From IMG/VR virus record IMGVR_UViG_3300033075_001920: a stretch of DNA of 64,000 nucleotides; one strand, given 5' to 3'. The DNA is from a virus (taxonomy: Duplodnaviria; Heunggongvirae; Uroviricota; Caudoviricetes). A program made the translations under genes and the position numbers. Of the stretch, positions 51,116-59,508 are shown piece by piece. Positions within the stretch are counted from its first letter, which is position 1. Each line of letters begins with the position of its first letter. Under the pieces are notes generated by a model. That model did no database searches and was not told the DNA's origin. It saw nothing but the letters and a program-made list of their open reading frames with translations.

Positions 51116-52156
51116 TTAAATTTCTCCCCCTTTTTCGAATTTAGATATAGCCAGATTGGTTTGTTCTATAAGGGCATTGCTCTGAGCGAGGTAGTCTTTT
51201 TTACTGATAATTTTATCTCTGAGCAGTCTTTCCAATCTGTCGAGTTGTTTTTCCTGACGGTCCATAATAGCCTGAATATTTGCAGCTCTTTCTGAGCCGG
51301 ATATTTTACCCGGTTTCGGAGCAGGAGGTGGTACCGGTGGCGCTGGGGGTTGCTTACCTACTTTTACTTTAACTTCTGGGCGCTTACGCTTACGCTTCTC
51401 TTTTTTAGATAATTCCTCTTTGCGCCTCTTTTCAAGTTCTTTTTGCCTTTCAATGACATCCTTCCTTCTTTCTTTCCTGATTTCCGGGCTTGGCTGGGGA
51501 AGTTCTATTTCGGATTCTTCAAACGTCTGTGTGGGCGGGATGGGCTCACCATTGGTATCAACTAGGGTAAACTGGATAAAATAACTACTGGCTTTACCAT
51601 CATCCTGCTTTCCTTTTCGAATAACAACAGATCCAACCCACTCAGGGCCGGATTTGTTTTCAATATCCATCCTCAGATTTTCAACAATCTGATTGAGCCC
51701 GGAAGAAAAGTATTCGTATTTAAATCCTCCATTGGGCATGTATAGGCTCAGCATGCCCGTGGTACCATATTGGTCGCCGGCATTACATTCAAAACGAATA
51801 TTAAGCGGAGTGACCATAGCTGCAAAGTCCGTGGTAAGAAAGTCATCAATTTCCCACCAGGGGATACCGGTGAGGGATGCGATGTCTAATTGCAGTGGAT
51901 TGAAGTATCGTTCAGCTTTAACTTCTTTATCTCCAAATTCGAGATCGAAGGCTGTTTTCCGGATATCCTTTACTTTAACCTTTCTAAAATTCTGTCCTTT
52001 ATAGGAGAGATAAGTTTCATGAATTAAGGCTTTTTCCTGTTCAGGCGTTAATTCAAGTTTATTGGATTTTAGTTCTTTTAGTACACTTCTTTTGACCTTC
52101 TGATAGAGCCGAGAGGAAGCTTTTATCTTTTGAGATTTAGACTTTGATCTGGTCAT
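51116..52156 (-). CDS. basic/coiled-coil protein, first gene of the leftward early unit
   Basis: 346 aa with a K/R-rich N-terminus, a central beta-rich domain, a K/E-rich coil and a PPAPPVPPPAPKPG tract. Confidence 0.5.
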   Translation of the reverse strand: MTRSKSKSQKIKASSRLYQKVKRSVLKELKSNKLELTPEQEKALIHETYLSYKGQNFRKVKVKDIRKTAFDLEFGDKEVKAERYFNPLQLDIASLTGIPWWEIDDFLTTDFAAMVTPLNIRFECNAGDQYGTTGMLSLYMPNGGFKYEYFSSGLNQIVENLRMDIENKSGPEWVGSVVIRKGKQDDGKASSYFIQFTLVDTNGEPIPPTQTFEESEIELPQPSPEIRKERRKDVIERQKELEKRRKEELSKKEKRKRKRPEVKVKVGKQPPAPPVPPPAPKPGKISGSERAANIQAIMDRQEKQLDRLERLLRDKIISKKDYLAQSNALIEQTNLAISKFEKGGEI

Positions 52157-52173
52157 AAAGTAAAGGTGGGATG

Positions 52174-52181
52174 CAAATGTA
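52174..52181 (-). promoter_or_regulatory. Bacteroidota-type -7 promoter box (TACATTTG on - strand)
   Basis: + strand CAAATGTA is the reverse complement of TAnnTTTG, 17 nt upstream of the start at 52156. No palindrome is adjacent. Confidence 0.4.
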
Positions 52182-52367
52182 TTATAAAAATTATTATTTC
52201 AAAATATTAATAGTTATTGTAATTGCAAGTCATTGCAGGAGTAAGGAGAAAAAACTATTTATGTCAAATATTATAAATAATTATTCACATTAACGAATTA
52301 ATATTTGCACAGATTAAATTTAATGTATTTATTTGTGAACTTTTCATTAAAAAAGTAATTGGTAAAG

Positions 52368-52400
52368 CAGGGACTTCTTCGGGAGCCCCTGTTTTATTTT
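52368..52400 (+). terminator. orphan terminator-like hairpin with C(UUCG)G tetraloop
   Basis: CAGGGACTTC/TTCG/GGGAGCCCCTG forms a ~9-bp stem with one mismatch, followed by TTTTATTTT. No + strand ORF lies upstream. Confidence 0.45.
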
Positions 52401-52414
52401 ATCGCAATGTATTG

Positions 52415-52422
52415 TATATTTG
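52415..52422 (+). promoter_or_regulatory. Bacteroidota-type -7 promoter box (TATATTTG)
   Basis: TAnnTTTG match 5 nt upstream of the GTG start at 52428. Confidence 0.4.
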
Positions 52423-52427
52423 CCTAA

Positions 52428-53114
52428 GTGAAGTTTAAAACCGAATATATTTTATTTGTACTTGGCGGATTGTTTTCCATAATTCTATTAACCAGCTCTA
52501 AGGCAAAAGGCAAAAGGATTAATCCAAAGGGTATGACCGTCGCGTTTATAGGTGATAGTCAAATGGCAAATTTCACAGCATCCGGATGGCAAAATCAGAT
52601 GATTAGGGAATACGGAATGAAATTATTGCCGGTACCCATGAACAATGGAACAGGGGCTTCAAAAAACAGCAATCTGGCACAGGTTGGTAAAACTACCACT
52701 TGGATGAAGAATATACTTTCTAAATTCTATAGTACCTGGCTTTTCCGGCCGGATATACTATTTATATACGGAGGAGGTAATGATATATCCAATGGAATCT
52801 CTCCAGAGTCAGTAGTAAAGAACACTCAGGACATGGTGGATCTTGCCAGAAAATATGGAACAAAACATATTTATGTTATTCCAGGATATCGGAGCAGTAA
52901 AGTATCTTTAAAGGCAAAAGCAATCTCAGAATCCGATGCTCAATTACGGGATTCTTATAAACAGATGTTAACAACCCAAATTAAAGGGGCAACAGTTCTG
53001 CCAATATGGGAACAAGCCGATTCAACTTATTCGAGCGATGGTTTACATATATCCGATCAGGCAAAGCTCAAACAGTTTAGCGATTTTATTTCTAAAGCAA
53101 TATTTGTCAAATGA
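52428..53114 (+). CDS. membrane-anchored SGNH/GDSL hydrolase (esterase)
   Basis: N-terminal helix YILFVLGGLFSIILLT. FIGDSQ (block I), IYGGGNDI (block III) and SSDGLHIS (block V, DxxH). Confidence 0.65.
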   Translation: MKFKTEYILFVLGGLFSIILLTSSKAKGKRINPKGMTVAFIGDSQMANFTASGWQNQMIREYGMKLLPVPMNNGTGASKNSNLAQVGKTTTWMKNILSKFYSTWLFRPDILFIYGGGNDISNGISPESVVKNTQDMVDLARKYGTKHIYVIPGYRSSKVSLKAKAISESDAQLRDSYKQMLTTQIKGATVLPIWEQADSTYSSDGLHISDQAKLKQFSDFISKAIFVK

Positions 53115-53758
53115 GAATAGACAGGAATATACGTATAGCAATGGGACTTGGCATACTGGCCGGTGCACTTCTGAGTATTAAAGTTGGTCGGGAGGTATAT
53201 GTAAAAACTGTTATCTCTGATAAGATGTTTTCTGACTCTGCAAAGTTGCTAGGTATTGACGAAGCTTTCCTTAGAGCCATAGCGGAAAAGGAGGGTGGAG
53301 GAAAAGGTTTTTATATCAATGGAAAACCTATAGTAAGACTGGAAAATCATATTTTAGAAAAATATTACCTGAGTAAGGGTAAAACTATTGATGCAGATAA
53401 GCTGTACGGAAGTAACAAATCCGGAATGAGTGAATATTCTCGCTTTGTAAGAGCATACAATGATGATCCGGAAGCTGCCATCTATGCAACTTCATTTGGT
53501 GCATTCCAAGTGATGGGATTTAATGCTATTCCAATTGGATATAAATCTTTGTATGAATTTTATAACAAGATGCACCAGTCTGCCGATAATCAATTCGAAG
53601 CAGTGGTTCGCTTTATAAAGAAGAATAATCTGACACCATATATTAAGAATCGGGATTATAACGGTTTTGCAAAAAAATACAATGGTTCTGTTTCATATGC
53701 GCAAGGTCCGAATGGAATTGCAGCTTTACATAAAAAGTGGCTTTCTAAAACCACGTAA
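53111..53758 (+). CDS. N-acetylmuramidase (DUF3380-type endolysin) with N-terminal signal-anchor
   Basis: SFGAFQVMGFN...GY.SLYEF...ADNQFEAVVRFI...DYNGFAKKYNG matches the DUF3380 muramidase family. The N-terminus IRIAMGLGILAGALLSI is Gly/Ala-rich and SAR-like. Confidence 0.7.
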   Translation: MRIDRNIRIAMGLGILAGALLSIKVGREVYVKTVISDKMFSDSAKLLGIDEAFLRAIAEKEGGGKGFYINGKPIVRLENHILEKYYLSKGKTIDADKLYGSNKSGMSEYSRFVRAYNDDPEAAIYATSFGAFQVMGFNAIPIGYKSLYEFYNKMHQSADNQFEAVVRFIKKNNLTPYIKNRDYNGFAKKYNGSVSYAQGPNGIAALHKKWLSKTT

Positions 53759-53837
53759 ATAAAAACAAAACAAGATAAAATAAAAATTAAATGCTCTGAA
53801 AAACAGCATTTTAAAACTATTTCACAAAAAATATGTC

Positions 53838-53855
53838 GTTATTTTATAAAATAAC
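53838..53855. promoter_or_regulatory. 18-bp palindromic operator GTTATTTT-AT-AAAATAAC (copy 3 of 3)
   Basis: Fully self-complementary 18-mer, 12 nt upstream of the -7 box at 53868. Confidence 0.65.
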
Positions 53856-53867
53856 AAAAAAAGGAAT

Positions 53868-53875
53868 TATGTTTG
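53868..53875 (+). promoter_or_regulatory. Bacteroidota-type -7 promoter box (TATGTTTG)
   Basis: TAnnTTTG match 33 nt upstream of the ATG at 53909. Confidence 0.4.
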
Positions 53876-53908
53876 CTGTACAATTACTAACAATTACAAA
53901 GAAAAGTT

Positions 53909-54508
53909 ATGACTACAACCGCAAAACCATCTCAGTATGCTTCCGTTGATTTGAAATACAACATTGAATTAAAAAATGTAAAAATATTTGTACCCGGAAG
54001 CCAAGAAACAATCAACTTCGTAGCCGATATTCATATCAATGGAAAACATGCAGGTTACGCTAATAATGAAGGTCAGGGAGGTCCAACTTCTGTTCAATCA
54101 AAAGATCCACAAAGCAGAGAAGTGTTAAATCAAGTAGAGCAATACTTTGGAACACTTCCTAAAATGCAGTATCAAGGTATGAAAACAGAACTTACCTTTC
54201 AACCTACATTAGATGGCTACATAGATGAAATTATCAATGACCTTTTTAATGAAAAGGAAAGATCAAAGTATGAAAAAAAACTTCAGAAGGATTGCGAAGT
54301 GGGTATTTGTTTTGGGTCGGAAAATCACTATGCAATGGCGTACTGGAATGACCCAAGGAATACGCGTAAAAAAATCGCATTAGCTCAAATGCTTACCATG
54401 CCAAAAGGTAAAGAAACCATTGTGGCTAGAATAGCTGAAATACGCGCTACTTTGGAAGAAGGAGAAAGAATTTTAAACACCAATCTTCCATCTGAAATAC
54501 TTGCTTAA
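53909..54508 (+). CDS. hypothetical protein
   Basis: 199-aa ORF, the first gene after operator copy 3. Confidence 0.5.
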   Translation: MTTTAKPSQYASVDLKYNIELKNVKIFVPGSQETINFVADIHINGKHAGYANNEGQGGPTSVQSKDPQSREVLNQVEQYFGTLPKMQYQGMKTELTFQPTLDGYIDEIINDLFNEKERSKYEKKLQKDCEVGICFGSENHYAMAYWNDPRNTRKKIALAQMLTMPKGKETIVARIAEIRATLEEGERILNTNLPSEILA

Positions 54509-54722
54509 AATGGAAATAAAAGTAAGAATGGTACTCATGTCGCATCTAAGTGATTTATCACTAAAAGCTTCTATGCAGCAAAATGAATATTCAAAAGACA
54601 TATTGGAGCATATTGAGTTCTGCAAGTTTTTGATTCTCGAACACACGGATACAGACAAAGAGATTAATCCGGATACCGAATACCAAAGATTCTTAGAATT
54701 AATAAATAAACGTAAAGGATAG
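54501..54722 (+). CDS. hypothetical protein
   Basis: 73-aa ORF. Confidence 0.4.
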   Translation: MLKMEIKVRMVLMSHLSDLSLKASMQQNEYSKDILEHIEFCKFLILEHTDTDKEINPDTEYQRFLELINKRKG

Positions 54723-54724
54723 TT

Positions 54725-55042
54725 ATGAATACTGCAGACAATTTCGCCTTCAATTTTTTATGTAAAAGAAATGTGCTTTCTGATACTCATGATCAGAGTG
54801 ATTACGTTTTTTTGCTTATGGAATTTGAAAGAATCCACGGAGCCGAAGGGCTTAAGAAACTGGCTGGTTTCTATTGCTTTGTGATAGACCATAAAAAGGA
54901 TGCAAAAGCTCAGATAAGAGCGCTCCAAGAGGTATTTTATCACGATTTAATGGGTGCATCTGAAAAGGGCTTTTTGCCGCGTTCGGACGACTATTTGGAA
55001 TATTGGAACATTGAACTTGAAAAACACCAACTAGTTAACTAA
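54725..55042 (+). CDS. hypothetical protein
   Basis: 105-aa ORF. Confidence 0.45.
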   Translation: MNTADNFAFNFLCKRNVLSDTHDQSDYVFLLMEFERIHGAEGLKKLAGFYCFVIDHKKDAKAQIRALQEVFYHDLMGASEKGFLPRSDDYLEYWNIELEKHQLVN

Positions 55043-55047
55043 ATACC

Positions 55048-55413
55048 ATGAACACAATTGCAATAGGAGCAAGCCTTTCTGTCGATGATGCAAAGATATT
55101 GATGCAAAGCATTAAGACCAATATTGACCAATGGAATTCAGGTAGGATTCCTACTTCAGTTTCTTACATAGACTGGGGTAGTAAAAAAAGAGGCCAAGGG
55201 CGTCGATCCGGTAGCACTATTCTAGGTTCTATGTCTGCTGCTCGCTATGGAATCGTAAAGTATGTTGGCGTAGACTTTAGAAAATATAAAGCAGATTGGA
55301 ATGGAGAAATAATGAAACTGCTTTCATATGATGGTTCTCGGATGAGTCGGTATTACAAAGCTCGGGAATTTGGCTGCAATCAGATTGAGGCAAGACTTTA
55401 CGCCATAATATAA
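55048..55413 (+). CDS. hypothetical protein
   Basis: 121-aa ORF. Confidence 0.45.
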   Translation: MNTIAIGASLSVDDAKILMQSIKTNIDQWNSGRIPTSVSYIDWGSKKRGQGRRSGSTILGSMSAARYGIVKYVGVDFRKYKADWNGEIMKLLSYDGSRMSRYYKAREFGCNQIEARLYAII

Positions 55414-55419
55414 CACTGT

Positions 55420-55704
55420 ATGAATAAAATCGAATTATTAAGCCAAGGCAAACCGATAATAACATCAGAGAAAGGGAATTCTATGTCCCCGAGAATACTA
55501 TCCGGACAAAAACATGAATTAACTCCATGTACACTGGATGATATTATTGTGAATGATATCGTATACTGTAAAGTGCATGGTCGGTTTTATACCCATCTTG
55601 TTAAAGCCAAAGATCCGCTAAAAGGAGTATTGATTTCCAACATGAAAGGCAGAATTAATGGATGGACAAAAAATGTATATGGCAAGGTAACAAAAGTACT
55701 ATAA
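55420..55704 (+). CDS. S24 (LexA/signal-peptidase-like) peptidase-fold mini-protein
   Basis: EKGNSMSPRILSGQ resembles the G-[DN]-S-M-x-P Ser motif and a later LVKAK supplies a candidate Lys. At 94 aa it has no DNA-binding domain. Confidence 0.35.
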   Translation: MNKIELLSQGKPIITSEKGNSMSPRILSGQKHELTPCTLDDIIVNDIVYCKVHGRFYTHLVKAKDPLKGVLISNMKGRINGWTKNVYGKVTKVL

Positions 55705-56222
55705 TGGCAAAAGTAAAAACATATCTGTTTGAAAATATGCATTTAGCTTCCAGTCAAACTATTGAGTTTGTAAAAAGTATCGATCATGAATACGTAGAAA
55801 TTGATACTGAAACAGGAGAATATAGGAGGGAGCGTGATTTTTATACTATGCAGTTACTTATTAATCCGTCTATAGAAAATATAGTCAGCTGCTCCGATTT
55901 TCTTAATATTATGGGACATAAAGCAGAATACAGTTTTCATCGGAGAGATGGTGAGAATAGATACCTTCAAATAGAGCATTTTGCATGGTTAATACGCATT
56001 GCTCTTAGAATAAGAGAAGAAAATAGGTCAAAACACTTAACCATTCATCTTAATTATTTTGGAACTGATTTTTTGCAAGACCTCAAGGATGAAGTATTCG
56101 GAGAAAATACAAAAACTCATTTAATGCTAATTTTAAGACAACAAACAAATGTTACTTTCAAAATTTACAGTGAATATAAATTAGTGAAGACCCTTACAAA
56201 AGAAGAAGACCTTGAACTATAA
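55704..56222 (+). CDS. hypothetical protein
   Basis: The ATG at 55704 (MAKVKTYLF) overlaps the previous TAA. The track start at 55662 overlaps by 43 nt. Confidence 0.45.
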   Translation: MAKVKTYLFENMHLASSQTIEFVKSIDHEYVEIDTETGEYRRERDFYTMQLLINPSIENIVSCSDFLNIMGHKAEYSFHRRDGENRYLQIEHFAWLIRIALRIREENRSKHLTIHLNYFGTDFLQDLKDEVFGENTKTHLMLILRQQTNVTFKIYSEYKLVKTLTKEEDLEL

Positions 56223-56422
56223 TGGCAAAAAAACTAAAAGACTTATCAAGCTATACAAAGCCACAGAACTGCACCGATATAAACGATGCTACTTTGGGGC
56301 TATTAGAACTCACAAACTTCGTTAGGAACGCAAAAAACCCGCCAAAAACAGCATACATTCGAATTAATAAACTTAATCAAAAGATTCAACTATGGAACAA
56401 GAAATTCAACCAAATGTCTTAA
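56222..56422 (+). CDS. hypothetical protein
   Basis: 66-aa ORF. Confidence 0.4.
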   Translation: MAKKLKDLSSYTKPQNCTDINDATLGLLELTNFVRNAKNPPKTAYIRINKLNQKIQLWNKKFNQMS

Positions 56423-56730
56423 TTAAAGCTCAGGTAATGCACTTCCGCAAACCAAAGGGGCAGAATAGCCCAATTTGGCAGAAGTCCGGCTTTAAGGTAT
56501 TTCTATTAACCATCAACCCTGATTACATAGGAAGTCAGGCAATACTTGCAGTAAAGGCTATTGAAGATGTTTTAGAAGATGCAGGCAATCCAAACACTAA
56601 GTTTGTCTACCACGAGCATGAATTCCTTACACATGAAAGCCATTTCTTAAATCCTGATCTGTTTGAAAAACACTTTCAGGAGCGCTTTAAAGCTTATCGC
56701 GAAAAAAAGACACAATCACAAATCAGCTAA
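56392..56730 (+). CDS. hypothetical protein
   Basis: 112-aa ORF. The true start may be the internal MHFRKPKG. Confidence 0.4.
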   Translation: MEQEIQPNVLIKAQVMHFRKPKGQNSPIWQKSGFKVFLLTINPDYIGSQAILAVKAIEDVLEDAGNPNTKFVYHEHEFLTHESHFLNPDLFEKHFQERFKAYREKKTQSQIS

Positions 56731-57420
56731 ATGAATACCAACGATCAACTACGCCTGTTTGGCGAACCAACAACACCGGCCACTGATACAAGAGTACAAA
56801 AGATTGATATCAGCGTATTATCAGCTCATGACATGCTGGGTATGCTGCTTAAAAAGCTAAAACAACCAGGCAGTGTTGATGCGCCTTTGGATGCAATTTT
56901 ACAAGCAGCTCAGGATATGTTGGACTTTGTGCCCAAAGAGCCGGCTCCGGTTACTTTAAGGGATGCCAGAGAAGAAGTCTTTTCTATGCGCACTCAGGGC
57001 ATCAAATGTCCTTGCTGCGATCAGTTTGCCAAGGTATACCGGCGCAATTTGAATTCAAGTATGGCTTCCGGGTTAATCCGTTTTTATATGGCCACTCAGG
57101 ATATCAATAAATTTCATCATGTGCCTACAGTGTTTACCAGAATGAAGATGAACTTTATGAATACCGAATTTTCAAAACTTAGGTACTGGGGACTGGTTGA
57201 GGAGCAGACAAGTGATGATGTTCAGGAAAAGAAAACTTCCGGATACTGGAGAGTTACCGAGAAAGGCCGCGATTTTGCCTTGGCTATGATTACGGTACCT
57301 AAATACATTTACCTTTACGATTCTCAGATTTGTGAAAACTTTTCAGACCCTACCCAGATTGATATCAATCAAGCTTTGGGCTCGAGATTCAACTATCAGG
57401 AATTAATGAGGGCAATTTAA
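56731..57420 (+). CDS. zinc-ribbon plus winged-helix-like putative DNA-binding protein
   Basis: CPCCDQ...YRRNLNSSMASGLIRF...LRYWGLVEE...GYWRVTEKGRDFA. Lies immediately upstream of a PP-loop protein. Confidence 0.4.
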   Translation: MNTNDQLRLFGEPTTPATDTRVQKIDISVLSAHDMLGMLLKKLKQPGSVDAPLDAILQAAQDMLDFVPKEPAPVTLRDAREEVFSMRTQGIKCPCCDQFAKVYRRNLNSSMASGLIRFYMATQDINKFHHVPTVFTRMKMNFMNTEFSKLRYWGLVEEQTSDDVQEKKTSGYWRVTEKGRDFALAMITVPKYIYLYDSQICENFSDPTQIDINQALGSRFNYQELMRAI

Positions 57421-57423
57421 TCT

Positions 57424-58350
57424 ATGACAGAAACCAAGCCAATAGCGCTCACAGTTGTATCGTTCGGTGCCGGTCAGGACACAATCTATTTTGTGCACAG
57501 ACTTTTAAACGACCAGACTTTCTACGATAGACACGTAAAGGGCGATCTTGTTATTGTTGGCTCGGATACCGGCAATGAGCACCCGCATACTTACCAAGCC
57601 ATTCATCATATAAAAGAATTATGCAATGGCCGGTTTGGATTTTTCTGGCTTACTCCTGACATGGGCTTTCATCCTATTACCTGGCAGAGCCTTACATATC
57701 AATATAAATTGAACAGCAGATGCGGCTCAGCTGCATTTCCTCAGACCTGCACAGACAATTTAAAGGTCAAAGTGGTAGATAATTTTGTCGAATGGTATAT
57801 TGGCAGGATGTATCTAAACATTGAACTTCCTCAATTTGTTAACCGCAAATATGTAGGTAGTAATAAGAAAAACTACCATCAATTCTATGAGAATCATGGT
57901 AAGATAAGGCTTATTTTAGGCTTTGCCGATCAAGAGGAGAGCCGGACAAAGAACGGTAATAAGTTTGATCCTGTTTGGAAAAAAAAGGTAATAGAAAGAT
58001 ATTATCCTCTTATTGAAGACAAAACAGACCGTCAGCAGGCTATTGATTACAATGAAGCCAATATTGAAATGAAAATATTCCCGAGCAATTGTATGATTTG
58101 TTTCTATTCATCCGATCAGGAAATACTTTGGCTTTACCGGAACTATCCACAGGTATTCTATGAGTGGGTGGATATCGAAAAGAAAAAGCTCGAAAAAAGT
58201 GCTGACAAAGAAAAGAATTATGGGGTATATGGGAAAATTACCCTGCAGCAGAAATTAGAAAAGGCTGAGAAACTTTATGGGCATTGGTCCGACGATCAGC
58301 TCACTGAATATAAATACTCCCACGGACATTGTATAAAATCAAGATATTGA
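57424..58350 (+). CDS. PAPS reductase-like (PP-loop ATPase fold) protein with degenerate P-loop
   Basis: VVSFGAGQDTIYF sits in place of SGGKDS. Also VGSDTGNEHPHTY (DTG.E.P.T) and QTCTDNLKVKVV (WCT..LK-like). Confidence 0.5.
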   Translation: MTETKPIALTVVSFGAGQDTIYFVHRLLNDQTFYDRHVKGDLVIVGSDTGNEHPHTYQAIHHIKELCNGRFGFFWLTPDMGFHPITWQSLTYQYKLNSRCGSAAFPQTCTDNLKVKVVDNFVEWYIGRMYLNIELPQFVNRKYVGSNKKNYHQFYENHGKIRLILGFADQEESRTKNGNKFDPVWKKKVIERYYPLIEDKTDRQQAIDYNEANIEMKIFPSNCMICFYSSDQEILWLYRNYPQVFYEWVDIEKKKLEKSADKEKNYGVYGKITLQQKLEKAEKLYGHWSDDQLTEYKYSHGHCIKSRY

Positions 58351-58352
58351 AT

Positions 58353-58841
58353 ATGATAAAAATTTTACCGGAACAACAGATGCAGGTATACGCCAGATAT
58401 TGGGGCTGTAAATATTTACTTACAATAAATATTGAAGGCAATCCGGTTGTTCAAACTTTAAGAAGTAGATTCATGTTAGATTTAGAACCTGATTTAGAAA
58501 ACAGACGAGATCTTATTTTAGTCAGAAAAATCGAAAATATAACAGATGAGCATGTATGGGATCTTCTAGCATTGCTTCATGAAAATGAAGAAACAAAAAG
58601 AAAAGACGAAGCTTTGCATTATGGAATAAAATCAGCAATTATTAATGGCTTTCCTAATGCGTGGAAATGGAATTACTGGTCAGCGGTCAAAATCTATACA
58701 TTTCTTATTTCAAAAGGCTACAATATGCCAACATTTATTGGATTTAACGACGTCAAAAGCACTCCGCTGGATTTAGGGATGGCTATTGATGTAGATGAAT
58801 TAAATAAAACTCTTCACCCTCAATACAGAATAACATTATGA
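58353..58841 (+). CDS. hypothetical protein (paralog family with C-terminal ..GMAIDVDEL)
   Basis: The ATG at 58353 follows the previous TGA. The C-terminus FLISKGYNMPTFIGF...LDLGMAIDVDEL resembles ORF 37032. Confidence 0.45.
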   Translation: MIKILPEQQMQVYARYWGCKYLLTINIEGNPVVQTLRSRFMLDLEPDLENRRDLILVRKIENITDEHVWDLLALLHENEETKRKDEALHYGIKSAIINGFPNAWKWNYWSAVKIYTFLISKGYNMPTFIGFNDVKSTPLDLGMAIDVDELNKTLHPQYRITL

Positions 58842-59188
58842 ACTTGGAAGAATTTAATGAAAAACTAAAAAAGCTGATTGAAGAATCCGGTGAGGGGTTT
58901 ACTTTTGGCTTTATAATCTCCTGTATACAGGGCTTACCTGGTAGAGATGCAAAGGGAAATAAGGCAGAGCAGATTCTGCTGTTCAATATCAGACATTCAG
59001 AGCTTTACTATAGTTTACGCAACATAATGGACAATAACGATCAGATGGCTAAGGTAATTTTGGATGTAGCCTTAGGCTATATGGCTGAAAAGAATATCGA
59101 GCCGGTCCTTCCTAATAATAATGGGGAGGGTGAAATTGGCTTGCCGATTATGATGATGCCGGGAAAGAAGGATAAATATGTTAATTAG
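58838..59188 (+). CDS. hypothetical protein
   Basis: 116-aa ORF. Confidence 0.45.
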   Translation: MNLEEFNEKLKKLIEESGEGFTFGFIISCIQGLPGRDAKGNKAEQILLFNIRHSELYYSLRNIMDNNDQMAKVILDVALGYMAEKNIEPVLPNNNGEGEIGLPIMMMPGKKDKYVN

Positions 59189-59196
59189 CAATAATT

Positions 59197-59460
59197 ATGG
59201 CAAAAACATTTAATAAAGAACAAACCGGCAATACTCAGGCACAACCAGATATCATTCATATTGTCGATTATAAGGGGCAAAAGGAAACAAATATCATATG
59301 GGATAGAACCAGGGATGTTGTATACAATGGAGACCAATTACAAATGAATACATATTCATGTTCAAGTTGTGAAAAAGTTTACTATTTCGAACAAATAAAA
59401 CATAGTTTCTGTCCTTTTTGTGGCATAAAATTCAAATACGAAACCGATGTTTCAGTATAA
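59197..59460 (+). CDS. zinc-ribbon protein
   Basis: 87 aa with CSSC...CPFCG. Confidence 0.5.
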   Translation: MAKTFNKEQTGNTQAQPDIIHIVDYKGQKETNIIWDRTRDVVYNGDQLQMNTYSCSSCEKVYYFEQIKHSFCPFCGIKFKYETDVSV

Positions 59461-59508
59461 AATCGATAACTAAATAATTCAAATCAAAAATAAAAAATCA
59501 AATTAATC

